Below the pieces are notes generated by a model, which did no database searches, was not told the DNA's origin, and saw only the letters and a list, made by a program, of their open reading frames with translations. A stretch of DNA of 64,000 bases from NCBI GenBank assembly GCA_001600815.1, contig BCKZ01000015.1, positions 124,001-188,000 on the forward strand, read 5' to 3'. The position numbers were made by a program, and so were the translations under genes. Origin of the DNA: Alloascoidea hylecoeti (taxonomy: Eukaryota). Numbering within the stretch: position 1 is the first letter of the stretch; each line of letters begins with the position of its first letter. Below, piece by piece: positions 12,289 through 26,067 of the stretch.

Positions 12289-13461
12289 TTTGTTTATGTT
12301 TGATAATAATTCAATAATCAAACAGTTCAAGGTTAATTACTGTTATTGTTTCCTTCTGATTCTTTTGTAAATATTGATTCAAATACACATCTAGTTGTAG
12401 AAAGATTTAATGAGACCTGAAATCCTTTGATGTTCCTTCTACGATTTTGTATGAATATTTATAGTCTGTCAATAAATAGTATAATGGGAGCGAACAATAT
12501 TTGGTGGTGTAAACATCTACATCTGGTTGTCGGGCCAACGTTCAATAAAGTTACCCGACACGTATATTGGATCGGCAATTATGAAGAGTTAGGCAGTAGA
12601 ATCCTCATTTTCAATTAAAAGGTTTAAAGGTACCTATTAAATTATAACTTTTACCCAATTCAAATAACAGTCCGTGGACTCCATGGAGGCTTGCTTTATA
12701 CAAGCCTCGGATCAATTGGTATCTGTATGTATAAAACTTATAAAATGTATTCAAATTCAAATTTTTTAGTATTTGGTTGTGGCCCTTAACTGACATAAGA
12801 TCTTATATTGGTTTCACATTTTCAAGATACATTTATAATTATACTAAGTTCTAAAGATCATTTAAAAATTACTTAAATAATATTTTGTGTAACTAGCTTA
12901 TCTATTGTCTTACCAATACTGTATAATCTTCACAGCAATAGAAAGCTTTGTCAATCAAATATTAAAGTTGTGAATTATTTAAATGGTAATAATAATACTA
13001 TAAATCAATATTGTAAACGCGGGTATATACTCTTATAATCAGATGCGAACTAGAAAAACAGGAATCTGATAACCAATATTTAATATTGGAATTGATACAC
13101 ATATCTAGATTCATTGGCTAACTGTAGATATCATATCTCTAGAGTCTAGATAACAACGTTAACTATCAATTGGGTGTGAAACCCCATGATTACCAACTGA
13201 GCACCTCTTCAATAATAAAGCTAAATAGTTATTGGTTAGAATAAATAAATTGAATGGTATTATTTATTGAAATGAATTTAAGCTCTGAAATTATAAATTT
13301 ATGATTTGAGTGAAGCTGTAATGCTGAAAGTAGGTTATAAAATATATCACATCCAAAACAGATAACTTTTTCTTGATTGCTTTCTGCGTCCTTTATATAC
13401 ACTTCTATGATCTAGATATTACTAGTTATACAACGCTATTCGCAAAGTATATAGTTGTAGA

Positions 13462-14790
13462 ATGAATACCGATATGCCAGATAGTCACACTGCACCTAGT
13501 AGCAACTATGGTTCAAGCCTTTTAGGAAAATTAGAGATGAACGATACTCAATCTACTCTTCGAAATCAGGAAGAGGGAAACTTGCATTATATTATGCAAA
13601 GTGAACCCAAGACTCCACCAGGAAGCATATGCAAGTTTTCCGATCCGAACAATTCTAGAGGAGAGTCCTCTTCATTTCTTCAAAGATGGTTTCCACATTG
13701 CTCTAATCCACCAAGATTGTTCGTTGCAGAATCCCCTTCTCAGTTAATCGAGAAGCATACCATTTCAGAGTCTCCTGGAAAAAAGAGAAACTTTTCTGAT
13801 ACTTTCGAGAATATCGATGGCTTCAGCAGTGAAACAACATACGATGGAGAGGCTTACGATAAGGAAAAGGGTACAGGGAGAAGGAATATTCAAATCGACA
13901 AGATAACAGAAATTTTAAAAACTCGACTTTTATATGCAAAATATAAACTGGATTATGGTTGTCAGCATAAATCGTTTGAACAATTAGAACTTGAGGAAAA
14001 AGCGAAAAGAGAAAAACTTGGATTCAACCCTATACAAAGCGGATCCTATTTAAACATTTCAACTTTCACAAGTGTACATAGAACGCCTCGAGCATCTCAT
14101 GATTATAAAAGAATGTTTTCTGCACCCCATGCCTATGACTCCTGGATTTCTTCACCATCAGCTATAGCTAGATCAAACCCTACTTCATCTTCTCATCAGA
14201 ATAATTTATTACCCATTAACTACAATACATCATTTTCACAAAGCCGGAAATTGGCCATTGAGTCTGCTCAACGACATTCAATCCATTCTTTAACTTCCTA
14301 TCCTCCTCCTCCGTTGTTCCAAACAAGTGAAAATTCAAATCAAAATACAATGGATGCTATTCTGGCGAAGCCAATAACGATCTCGAATTTTCAAAGAAAC
14401 ATGAATCCAAATGAAAGTTCTAATAATATTGAAAAAGAATTTAAGGATCCGCAATATAAAATTTGTACCCCAGGTAATCACCCCGAGGTTAATTCATCTC
14501 CATCTACGCCAAAACGTCCTAAAGTTTCATTAGAAGTAAATACACCGACTTTAGAGGATGTAGATGCTATTGAATCTCTCATGTTTCTATCAAGCCCGGT
14601 TGCAACTGGAGTTCGTCAGAACTCTACTTGGAATGATAATTATCAAGAGAGTATTGGTCAAGGGAATTTATTGGATAACGATCACCTGCATATGCATATG
14701 GATACCATCAAATCTCTACCCGATCGAGGAGATGATGATACAGAATCGGAAGATGAATCTGGTTCTGTAGATCTGGATCTAGAGTCTTGA
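13462..14790 (+). CDS. Whi5/Nrm1-family G1/S transcriptional corepressor-like protein
   Basis: GTB-type motif LKTRLLYAKYKLDYGCQHKSFEQLE, many SP/TP sites, and C-terminal DAIESLMFLSSP. The paralogue cannot be resolved by eye. Confidence 0.75.
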   Translation: MNTDMPDSHTAPSSNYGSSLLGKLEMNDTQSTLRNQEEGNLHYIMQSEPKTPPGSICKFSDPNNSRGESSSFLQRWFPHCSNPPRLFVAESPSQLIEKHTISESPGKKRNFSDTFENIDGFSSETTYDGEAYDKEKGTGRRNIQIDKITEILKTRLLYAKYKLDYGCQHKSFEQLELEEKAKREKLGFNPIQSGSYLNISTFTSVHRTPRASHDYKRMFSAPHAYDSWISSPSAIARSNPTSSSHQNNLLPINYNTSFSQSRKLAIESAQRHSIHSLTSYPPPPLFQTSENSNQNTMDAILAKPITISNFQRNMNPNESSNNIEKEFKDPQYKICTPGNHPEVNSSPSTPKRPKVSLEVNTPTLEDVDAIESLMFLSSPVATGVRQNSTWNDNYQESIGQGNLLDNDHLHMHMDTIKSLPDRGDDDTESEDESGSVDLDLES

Positions 14791-16150
14791 AGGTTTCTTA
14801 CCATTTTACAGTTTCAATGGCAAATTATCCTATGTAACATGTTATATATATGTATGGTACTATTACTTTTCAACTATACTGATTTATTATACACTGGACA
14901 GTGGTTAATTTGGGAGATTATTGAGCAAAATATTTCCTTTCTGTCAAGGGCAATTTGGAAGGATGAAAACTTATTTTCATATATGTGGCAAACAATTCCA
15001 TGATATATTCGGTAAAAAATTATGACGGTCACAGTTTGAAAGAGGTTTATGTGATCAGTATTAAAATCATCGTCGATATAGTTATAAGCGGATACTACAT
15101 ACTATAATTCATTTTGTTAAATATAACAAACTGAAACATGCTGCAGCTGCAGTTATACGAGATGATCTCGTAGATCTTAGAGATTATAATATAATATTAA
15201 TAGAAGCTTAGAATAAATCCTGTATTGTTAGCGATTAAAGTTAACGGAAGAGTATCCGCATTATCTAATAGGTTATTGTAATTGTAAATAGTCTGTAGAA
15301 TCAGTGTAGATCCATATAATAATGGGATGATAAGTGGGCAAATATAATCTCCCAATGAATTACTATGCATATTTCTCTTTGCATGGTAGGTCACTATTAA
15401 AATATAAGCTCTGACTTATAAGAATATTAAGAGTATGAAGTTCATTTAGAACATTTACACAATGACTAAGTATATTTCATTCTAGTCATTAATTTTCAAA
15501 ATAGAACTAAATAGTTTCATTTAGTTGACTATAAAAGGGTTTGAACAGTTGGATATGTCGTATGGAAAGTATTTTGTAGCTATAGGCACCAGTTTATTTT
15601 AAAAGTCACAGCAATTATTTTGATAACAATAGTTTTAGGAAATATTGGCGAAACTTTTTGAAATTAATTGGCCAAATGCGGTAATCAGCTAATATTTAAA
15701 CGATCTAAAAATTGTTTAGAGATATCGATTATTCTCAGAATTATTTAATGACTTTTAAAAAATTCACTAATATTAATGATTTCTTAAGGAATTCAATATA
15801 ATCACTGCACATCTAAATGAATCCTAAATATGATTCTAATTAATTCCAAGTATTTTCGCTAATATTTCCCAACATTAAGTGAAATATAATAGTATACCAA
15901 AATCTGACAAATTATGTCCAGTCAACTATCATCATTTATATAAGTAATGTTTTTTGATGACGATTTATTACTATTCATACAGAGTTACCTGATAAAATAT
16001 AGATTCATAAGGCCTATGATTTATGAATATAATCTGATACCAACAATATTCAAGACCTACGATTAGTTCCCTCATGTGGCGCCTACACCAAATTTATAAT
16101 AGAAGCAGGGTAACATGCTTACATTTAAGTCCGGGTGACAAATATATGAC

Positions 16151-16163
16151 CTAGGGCTAGGGC
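16151..16163. promoter_or_regulatory. Tandem TAGGGC motif, candidate Tbf1-type ribosomal-protein promoter element
   Basis: CTAGGGCTAGGGC about 120 bp upstream of the RPS0 ATG; resembles the TAGGGCTA element of non-Saccharomyces ribosomal protein promoters. Confidence 0.5.
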
Positions 16164-16281
16164 ACATACCTTCCTAAATGGGATTATAGGTAATTTTCAG
16201 TCTGCAATTTTATACATCTTACCTTTAATATTGATCAGAACTGTCAGTTTAAGGTAAAGTATCATCAATAATCTAGCAAAT

Positions 16282-17180
16282 ATGTCTCTTCCAGCTGCAT
16301 TTGACCTCACCGCCGAGGATGCTCAATTACTCCTCGCTGCCAATGTTCACCTTGGCGCTAAAAATGTTCAAGTATGTGCCATGTTACCTTTTGGTGAATT
16401 GTGAAATTCATACCTGAATATAGTGAATATATATGTTTTTGCAAATCAAGTTCTAACAAATAAATTTAGGTTCACAATGAGCCATACGTCTTCAAGACTC
16501 GTCCAGATGGTGTTAATGTTATTAACATTGGAAAAACATGGGAAAAAATTGTTCTTGCTGCCCGTATCATCGCAGCTGTTCCAAACGCTGAAGATGTTGT
16601 TGCTGTCTCTTCAAGAACCTTTGGTCAAAGAGCTGTTTTGAAATTTGCTGCTCACACTGGTGCTACTGCCATTGCTGGTCGTTTCACCCCAGGATCTTTC
16701 ACCAATTATATCACCAGATCATTCAAAGAACCAAGATTGATTATTGTTACAGACCCAAGAACTGACTTTCAAGCTATTAAGGAATCATCTTATGTTAATA
16801 TTCCAGTTATTGCTTTAACCGACACAGACTCACCATCCGAATTTGTTGATGTCGCCATCCCAACCAACAACAAGGGTAAACACTCTATTGGATTAATTTG
16901 GTGGTTAATTGCCAGAGAAGTTCTTAGACTAAGAGGTACCTTAGACAGAGAAGCCAAATGGTCCGTTATGCCAGATTTATATTTCTACAGAGATCCTGAG
17001 GAGGTTGAAGTTGCTGAAGAGACTAAAGAAGAAGTTGAAGCCGAAGCTGAAGCTGAAGAACAAGCCGTTGTTCAAGAAGAAGCCGAAGATTGGGATCAAC
17101 CAACTCAAGGTGATTGGAGTGCTGAACCAGCCACTGGGGACTGGGCCGATGCCACTACTGAGGAAAACAAAGACTGGTAA
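16282..17180 (+). CDS. RPS0: 40S ribosomal protein uS2 (S0); exons 16282-16371 and 16470-17180
   Basis: [38 protein letters not shown]...; 98-nt intron (GTATGT...TTCTAAC...TAG) after codon 30; [11 protein letters not shown]; acidic DW-repeat tail. Confidence 0.97.
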
Positions 17181-17311
17181 ATGTAATCATATAATTTTTT
17201 ATATACATTAGAAATGCTAATCACAATACTTGTAATTTATCACTGTGTGAATATAATTCAACCAATTATTATAGTACTAATTAAATTTCAAAACCTTCAT
17301 CTTTCATTTTG

Positions 17312-17318
17312 TTACCCG
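17312..17318. promoter_or_regulatory. Reb1-type TTACCCG site (further copies at 12551, 48085 and 62500)
   Basis: Exact TTACCCG lies within about 65-270 bp upstream of the ATGs of RSM27, ASE1, CIT1 and the NUP60/TFC3 pair. Confidence 0.55.
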
Positions 17319-17384
17319 GCTTAATGTAACTTTTGTTCCATCTGCTGAAGATTCATCAAATCTAGACAGCACTAAATTTTCACA

Positions 17385-17890
17385 ATGTTGATGCCCAGAC
17401 CCAAAACGAAAAACTTGGTTAAACTTGTTGAGAAAGTACAATGCGAGATTTTCAATCAGGCATACAACCCTAAGCAACTAAGAACCGGAGCCAAGTTTTT
17501 ACGAAAACCTTTGAAGGGGCCTACAATCCGTAACTACTACAATCCACCAGATTTCCCAACAATCAAAACATTACAAGCAGCATTCCCACAGTTTAAATTT
17601 TACAACGAATACGAGGCTAAAAGACTGGCATCTATTGACTCGTAAGTAATAGGGAACTAACAGCCAATTATTACAGCTTGTCCATTTCCTTATGATTGTA
17701 AAATTATGATCCCTTTATTAACCACCGTTTGATAATAATCTAGTCTAAAAAAGAGAGGTAAAGGTGCCCCCAAGAAGAAAAAAGGTAAGTTTTTCTTTAT
17801 GTCGAAGTAGTAAATAGGATTTTGATATTAATCCATGAATGTTTAGGTCCACCTGCACCAGCACAAAAACAACAGAATCGTAAGAAATGA
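17385..17890 (+). CDS. RSM27: Mitochondrial ribosomal protein mS33, 113 aa; exons 17385-17641, 17744-17784 and 17847-17890
   Basis: CEIFNQAYNPKQLRTGAKFLRKPLKGPTIRNYY; two GTAAGT...TAG introns restore the family motif KKRGKGAPKKKK. Confidence 0.9.
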
Positions 17891-18273
17891 TAAGCGTCAA
17901 CCGGACTTATAGAAAAAAGATTAAAGGATCGAAATTTGAAAGTATTTAGAACTTTGTATATACGTCTCTTCAAAAGAATCTCTAATCTAATCTAATCTAA
18001 TACGTGCATCCTAAGATTATAAAAGTTTTAATCACTCTAAAATTTGGTACGGCATTTTTTAGTCTTATGTTAACCATAATATCATCTTTAACACAATTTG
18101 TTTAATTTTCGTAGTTATGATAATTCAATATTTGTGGTTGCGAGAAATTCTCAAAATTTATGGTATTAGGTTTGTAGGGAAGTTATAAATATAACACCCA
18201 AATAACGTACTATGCTTCAACATTTTGGTCAGACCCATATCTATCATCATTCCTTATCCTCACCACTTGACTA

Positions 18274-21200
18274 ATGTCCGATAAAAGGCCAAGGTCTAGC
18301 TCACTATTTGAGGAGGATTTCATTGAGGTCCCTATAAGTCCAAATGACGAAAACCTCCCTTCAACATCTAGAAATAACCCATTCCTGGTACTTCCAAGTA
18401 CTCATACTCCAAAACAACAAGTTTCTGATCTTAGAAGACTACAGGTGGACACGAATACAGGCAGACACGCACCATCTCCAAAATCTGCAAACAGTACAAA
18501 TGACCGTGGTCTCCCGTCTCCATATCTACCGAATTCTGGAGTATCTCCCGATGAAAGTTCTCGGGGTAGATTCAGATTCTCCCGTTCTCCATCTAGATCT
18601 CCTGTCAAAAGATTCAGTGCAGCATTCGTTCGAAGTATCTCACCTAAAAAGGGCTCTGATAGACTTTTTTCAGAACAGGAAGATTCATCTCCTACCGTCC
18701 CCGAACTTGTGAATCAACCGCTTTTGATGAAAGCTGCAGAAGGAGATTTAGATGCTATTAATGATGGATTAAATACTGCCCTAGGAACAGATGGTACTAG
18801 TATGGGACAATGGTTAAACACTGATCAATACCCTTCCTCAATACGAACTTCACGTTCTTTAAGGAATTCGAATATTCCACGAAACATATCACAGTCTCGA
18901 TCACCTAGCAAATCCCCAACTGTAAATGTATTCGTTACCAATAATGCACCTTATCCTAGTTTTGACACATCCTACAATTCCACACGAACACCCTCAAGAT
19001 CACCGTCTGAAGAAATAGATTTAGGTACCGATAGAAATAGTCAATCAATACCTTTAAAGAATTGGAACCTAAATACGAATGATTTACTGTCTGTGGTCGA
19101 AGATGGGAATGCGCAAGATGCATTATTATCACCAAGGAATAGTTCTCCAGCACGGCACCTATCCCTGGCTCTCAAAAATATATCTTCAAGAATTGTCAAA
19201 GGTACAAACGATTCCATACAACATCATTCATCTATTCGTTCAAATACTTCCCTAGTTCCTAAAATTTCTATAAACCCCTATGATGATGATAATAGCTCCT
19301 TGCCTAACAATAAAAGAGGTTCAGCACCTCCATTGTCTCCGAGTGTATCGTGTACTACTGGGTATTCTCTTCACGAGGAAACGGGTTTTCCTGGTAATGA
19401 GTCCACTAATAACCTTTCTATTCAAGAAGATGTACCTGAAGAACTTCCTTTATTTGGACGATCTTTAAGTTTCTTTGATGATAAGCATTCGGTTAGGGTA
19501 ACTCTTGCTAAACTAATTATGAATCCTTGGTTCGAACCAGTAGTGTTTTTTTCTATTATAATTCATACGATTGTATTGACCTACAGAGAATGGAGTCCAA
19601 GTACAACCTACAAATACACGCATTATGGTAAAAATTGGGTTGATTATATTATTCTGGCGATTAACTTATTTTATACAGTTGAAATTCTGGCTAAAATTAT
19701 TGTTTTTGGTCTTTGGGACGATAGAGAAATGTTTAAGGAACTTGGTCTTCATCGTGGATCCACATTTTCAAAATATTTCCAAACTAAAAAACAATCAGAA
19801 CAAAGTTATCAAATTGAAAAACCTATATCACATTCTTTTCATATCAAACAAAAGGTGGATAAAGAAGTAAATAATAAACAACGGAAAAGGGCATTTTTGA
19901 GAAATAGCTGGAATCGTGTGGATTTGACTTCAGTTCTAAGTTTTTGGCTATCCTTGTTTTTTTCAATTAACCACTTTGATGATAAGCATCACTTCTATGT
20001 ATTCAGAGCGCTTGGCTGTCTTAGAATATTAAGATTGGTAAATGTCACGCATGGAACTGTCGCAATTTTAAATAGCATGAAAGCAGCCGCTCCCTTCTTA
20101 ATAGATATGAGCATTTTCATGCTATTTTTCCTTGGCCTTTTTGGTATCATAGGTGTGCAGAGTTTTAAAAGTTCTTTTAGACGACAATGTATGTGGGTAA
20201 ACCCCGAAGACTCTCAGGACACTTATACGCATGAATTCCAATTTTGTGGGGGTTATTTAGCTATGGATTCATCTAATGAGATCCAAATGATGCCTTATTT
20301 GAATTCAGATGGAACTAGCTCTGGAATTATAAAAGGGTTTATGTGCCCGTTAAATTCGATCTGTCAAGTAAGTTATATGCCGCTTGAAAATCTCTGGTTA
20401 TATGTCTCTAACTCCATCATTTGTAGTCACGCGATAATCCTTATGGTGGTACAGTTTCTTTTGACAACTTTGTAAGTTTGATGACCGTTTTATAATGAAA
20501 TTTCAGTTTATAACAAAACTAATCAGTGAACTAGGCACATTCGTTTGAATTGGCTTTTGTTATTATGAGTCTGAATACATTTTCTGATTTGATGTATTAT
20601 ACAATGGATTCAGATAATACGACCGCGTGTCTATGTAAGTGCTTCAACATTGTAATTGTTTCTTTTACTGGTTTAATAACTAACTGCTTTTCCTAGTTTT
20701 CATGTTTGGGTATGTTATACTCAATTATAAACTGTTATGTACTTACTAACCGATTTCTCTAGAATAATTTTCCTTGGTGTATGGATCATGAACTTATTTA
20801 TTGCTGTGATTGTATCAGGTTTCAAAATTACTAGAGACGAAATGAGATCAGCCGCTCCAATGAACCTGCTGAGGAAATCTCTACGAAGGCAGAAGCTTAA
20901 GACAAAGAAGAAACCTAGCCCTTTACTCAAACTTTATTTCAAGACATCTTGGATTTGGCTGGTGTTCATAACCATTAGTCTTATTACTCAGTGCTTCCGT
21001 ACTTCTACAATAAGTGAAGAATACAGCCAACGACTATTACTTATAGAACTTTTTGTTACTTATGTTCTCTGTCTAGAGATTTTGTTAAGGATTTTCAGTT
21101 ATCTTCCGGACTGGAGATCTTTCTATCTTGAAAAGAGAAATATTTTTGATTTATTCCTGGCGATTATAACAGGAATTATTGCTATTCCCCATATCAGGAA

Positions 21201-24200
21201 AACTTTAGGTCATGCTTATTACTGGCTTTCGGTTTTTCAAATCGTTAGGTTCTATAGAATTGTTCTTGCAATTCCATTTGCACGAACTTTATGGAGAAAA
21301 GTATTGGGAAATGTTAAAAGCATTGCTAATTTATCATTCTTCTACATCTTAATAACTTTTTTGTGCAGTATCATCACATCAGTATATTTTACTAGGTTAT
21401 ATGACGAGGATGAAATTCAAAATAATTTCATTTCATTTTACACTCTACCAAATACATTTGTGGGACTTTATCAAATATCTAGCACAGAAAACTGGACTAC
21501 CATATTATACGGCATGCAAGAAGCCACATCATCAAGGCAAGCTAAAGTTTTTGGCGCCATTCTTCTGGTTCTCTGGTTTGTCTTATCTCAAAACATTGTA
21601 TTAAATATTTTTATCGCTGTCATTGCAGAGAATTTGGAGGTAACAGAGAAAGAAAAAAAAAGACAACAGGTCAAACAATTTATGATCAGTTTTTCAAGAA
21701 AATTGAAAGCTATACCGGAGGAGTCCGTTCTCTCAAGAATGAAAAACCGAGTGTTTAAAAGGAAACCCAGTGAAGCCCATAATCAGGCAGCCATTAATCT
21801 TCTTCTAAATGGTCTCGCAGTAAATGACTTTTTGAAAGGTGAACAGCATGATGAAAATGATTTGGATACCAAAGATAGTAATGGGGAAAACATTTTTCAA
21901 CTCACTTCATCCTGGAAGAGGCTCTTTTCACCTCATCATTGGAAAAGCTATACTATGTTTTCCATTATAGGAAATCCATTTTATCGACCAAAAAAAGATA
22001 CTGCTGCTAAAACTTTTATTAATCCTTCAACATTAATGCAAGATGTTGTAAAAGAAAATGCTAATATGGCTGCTGATAGGAATAAATACCTCAAGAACAA
22101 CCCAAACTTCAATGTAGTTTTGTGGTTATTTCCTCCGAAGCATCCATTACGTCGGCTTTGCCAACTAATTGTTAGACCCAGTACTGGTAATAATAGAAAA
22201 GATGGTGTGTATCCCAATAAGAGAGTCAGAGAAGCATTTTCAGTCTTTATGTTTTGTGCAACTGTTGCTTTGGTAACTCTTGCCTGTATCACAACTCCAC
22301 TATATCGAATTAATAATGGCTTGAGCTATAGTATTTTCAATTGGACACTATATGTAGATATTGCTTTGTTGGGTATATTTAATCTTGAATTTTTGATAAA
22401 AGTTATTGCTGATGGATTTTTGCTGACGCCTAATGCTTACATGAGGTCATCATGGAATATATTTGATCTTATTGTTCTCATCACTCTTTGGATCAATTTT
22501 CTGGCAGTAATCCTTGGTTACGGCAAGCTTGCTAGAGCTGTTCGAGGTTTCAAGGCATTAAGAGCCCTGAGATTGTTAACAATAAGTGAGAGAGCAAAGA
22601 ACACTTTCCATAGCATCATAGTAGCCGGGGGAGGTAAAATTTTCGGTGCCGCTATGATTGCAATAACTTTGCTTTTTCCGTTTTCTATTTGGGGCCTTAA
22701 CGTTCTAAATGGGAGACTATCTCAATGCGTTGACAATAGTCTTTCCATTTCAGAATGCATTAATGAATATAATGCAGAGGTATTTAATTGGAACATCGTA
22801 AGTCCAACTTCTTGGGGAAATAGCTATTACGATTTTGATACTTTTTTTTCTTCATTTCAAATTTTCTTTGAAATGGTTTCTTTGGAAGGTTGGATCGATG
22901 TTTTACAAGCTGCATTTTATAGCACTGGCGTTGGTACACCTCAAGCATTTTTTGCTACTCCAATCAATGGTGTTTTTATTATGTTCTTTAACCTTGTTTC
23001 AACTGTTTTTATCTTGACGCTGTTCATTTCAGTAATCATCGACAATTACTCTAAAACTACAGGTTCAGCATACATGACCGATGAACAACGGTCTTGGTAT
23101 GAGATAGCAAAAGTTTTGAAATTGGAAAATCCATATAAACGCCCAACACTGGATAAGCTTAATATACTGCAAAGGTTTTGTTATAAGAATGCGGTTCTAA
23201 AACCTCCTATTTGGAGACATTCATTTGATATAGTTCTATGTATCCATGTTATTCTGTTGTTGTCAGAAAGCTTTCCTGAACATGATCGTGTAGACGACGC
23301 AAGATATATTTTATACATTGTTACATCTAGTGCTTTTCTTGTCTCCAATTTGATGAGACTAATTGCCTTAGGACCTAAAAGATATTTCACAAATAAGAGA
23401 AATATTTTTGAGTCGGCGATTATCACAGGTGCTTTTGTGATGTCTGTATGTTCTTTTTTTATATCGAGAGATACTTATTTTGCGAATTTTAACAAATTGT
23501 TCCTACTCGGAATTTTATTTTTAATTATTCCCAGAATTGGAAAATTGGATCAATTAATGAAAACTGCAACGGCAAGCTTGCCGTCAATTATTTCTTTACT
23601 GTTTACTTGGGCCGTTTTGTTTTTAGTTTGGGCTATAGCTATGAATCAAATATTTGGTCTCACCAAGATTGGTTCCAATGGTTCCGGGAACATCAATTTT
23701 AGGACAGTACCCAAAGCTCTAATAGTGCTCTTCAGGATGAGTTTTGGTGAAGGATGGAATGACATTATGTTTGATTATATGGTCGAATCGCCAAATTGCA
23801 TTGATTCTGATGATATTGATTCCACAGATTGTGGTAGTAGGCCTTGGGCGTATCTCTTATTCGTTTCGTGGAATATTATTAGCATGTATATTTTTCTTAA
23901 TTTGTTTGTTTCTTTGATTACAGAGAGTTTTCGTTATGTCTATCAGCATTCTGGTTTAAGATCTAGTTTGACTCATTCCGAAATTCAAAAATTTAAAGAA
24001 GAATGGCACAAATTTGATGAAAATGGAACAGGATATATTGAACCGTCAGAGCTTCCGACTCTCCTAAGAAATATCGATGGAGTCCTTTCTTTTAAAATCT
24101 ATGATGGGGTGTTATCGGTGAAAGAGCTGGAAAAAAGGTGGTTCATTAGAAAATCTAATGATCCATATGATGTTGTAAGCCATGAAGCTATCAAAGATTC

Positions 24201-25059
24201 GCTTTCCTCGAGTGATATCGAAGCGGTTAGGACACAACGAGCATTATATGAAAGGTTTATCGAGGAGGCGCTATTGAAGATGGAGCTGGCCAATGAACCT
24301 GGTATATCTTTTACCAATGTTTTATTGCAGATTCCTTTATACAATATGTTTGATGAAACTAATTGCCTGAAGCTTGAAGACTTTTTAGAAAGGCATTTAC
24401 TAACCCGAAAGGTTAAAAAGAGGTTACAGGATAAGCGTGTGTTGAGTGCAATTAGAACTATATCATGCAGATTTAAATATCTCCATAACAGAGATATTAC
24501 CGATCAAGTGGCTGAGAGTTATTTACCCATTAATATAAACAAAAGAAAACCTATTTTAAGAATCAAAACAGATACGTTTAATCCAACAATCACAGTGTCG
24601 GGTTACAAGGATGAAATATCAAAAGATGATAATACGATGGAATATACCAATACACTTACCATTAGTACTAGTCCTTACATTCCTAAAAGATCACAGAAGC
24701 CCTATAATTTCAGTCAATCTCATAGTCGATCCAGATCTAGAACAAAAGGTATAAGTTACTCAAATGGGAATGAAGTTGGTTTCCCGTACACCCCTTTAAT
24801 ATCGACGGGAGCGTCCATGCGGTGGACAGAAACCGATTATGAGCCAGTTAACTATTCGAATGATGTTGAAGAAGCGAATGACTCTTTTTATAAGGGCAGT
24901 CGCTCAGGATCCAGAGTAGATAACATTGGCCATTCTGATTATTCGTTGATGGAATCTGGGGATCTATCTACCTTAAATTCACGTCTTGAAAATTCGGCTT
25001 GGGGCGATGCCATTGACTGGGTCCAAGAAAATAAACATAAATTTAAAGAAGATACATAA
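18274..25059 (+). CDS. CCH1: Four-domain high-affinity calcium channel Cch1; exons 18274-20367, 20427-20471, 20535-20634, 20697-20709 and 20763-25059
   Basis: Four GT-AG introns restore a continuous frame (CQ|SRDNPYGGTVSFDNF|AHSFELAFVIMSLNTFSDLMYYTMDSD...). Pore loops are SLNTF/STENW/SLEGW/FGEGW (N-E-E-E), with S4 RxxR repeats and a C-terminal EF-hand-like segment. Confidence 0.93.
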
Positions 25060-25208
25060 TATAGTCATTTCGTAGTAATGACAATATATTAGATAGAGAA
25101 GTTTAATGTATATGCATATATAATAAATAATTTTTTGATATAAAAGTGTATGGATGTTTAATTTAAATTACAAATACAAATTTTGAATAAAAACCTTTAA
25201 GGAAGATA

Positions 25209-26067
25209 ATGTTGAAAATTGGGCTCAGGAAATACACAACGGAAGGTAGAGGGAAGATGGTATCATCTATTGCTTCTGCGGTTTTTAACTCAGGTTTCAT
25301 GAAGCCGGGTCCAGCTATTTCTAGTGAACTTTTCTCTGGCAGAGATCCTTACCCTTCTCTCATGAAACCTGTGGAGAAAGCATTATCAGAACTTCCAGAG
25401 AACGAGTTAACGGCTCAAAAATCAAGCATATTACAATTAAGTTCTGGTAGTATGAATTTAGAGAAGTCTGATTTCCTTCGTATTTTACCACATTATAACT
25501 CCCGTATATATGATGTTAAGGACGAAGAATTTAATTTCAAATTATATCATTCTAGACATAAAGATAAACTATTTCACACAGGGCGATATTGTCTCAAATT
25601 CAATTCACCAGAATTGGCTGCTGTATATTGGCTAGAAACTTGGCTTCAATCTCTGAATGGCATGGACATGAGACTGAAATTTATCAACCAGAAACAATTT
25701 CACGAACAAACTGACATACCTGTATTAGAAGGTGTTGATAGGTCAACATGTGCCTTATTAATTGGAGTATCGAGACTATTTGATAGAAGGATGATAATGA
25801 ATGATTTATACCAATGTAACTTTATTGACAATGAAGAAAAGGCATTGCAAATTGTGGATTCGTAAGTAGTTTCCTATACATTTTGGAATTTGTTGATGTA
25901 CACCTTTCTAACAATTCGATAATAGAAATCATATGTGTAATGTAAATACATGGTTATTGAGATTTGATAATGGAGATGATCCTCTTAGATTGGTTAGAAG
26001 ATATAATGGTACGCCATATTGGACGGATAACAATGAGAAGTCGGTTTACGTTGAAGTATTGGATTGA
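25209..26067 (+). CDS. Probable mitochondrial RNA-binding protein, Pet54-like, 264 aa; exons 25209-25861 and 25926-26067
   Basis: Intron 25862-25925 (GTAAGT...TTCTAAC...TAG); basic presequence-like N-terminus. SILQL...LEKSDFLRILP...FKL...YCLKF and LLRFDN...RLVRRYNG resemble Pet54 as I recall it. Position next to CCH1 agrees with S. cerevisiae gene order. Confidence 0.6.

Noticed and set aside
20571..20573. CTG in the Cch1 domain I pore (SLNTF), where homologues as I recall have Ala or Ser, hinting at CUG reassignment
   Set aside because: Other CTG codons sit at conserved Leu or hydrophobic sites (Cch1 RALRLL, RidA GSDL, Efm3 KVLLTD and PALI), which favours the standard code.
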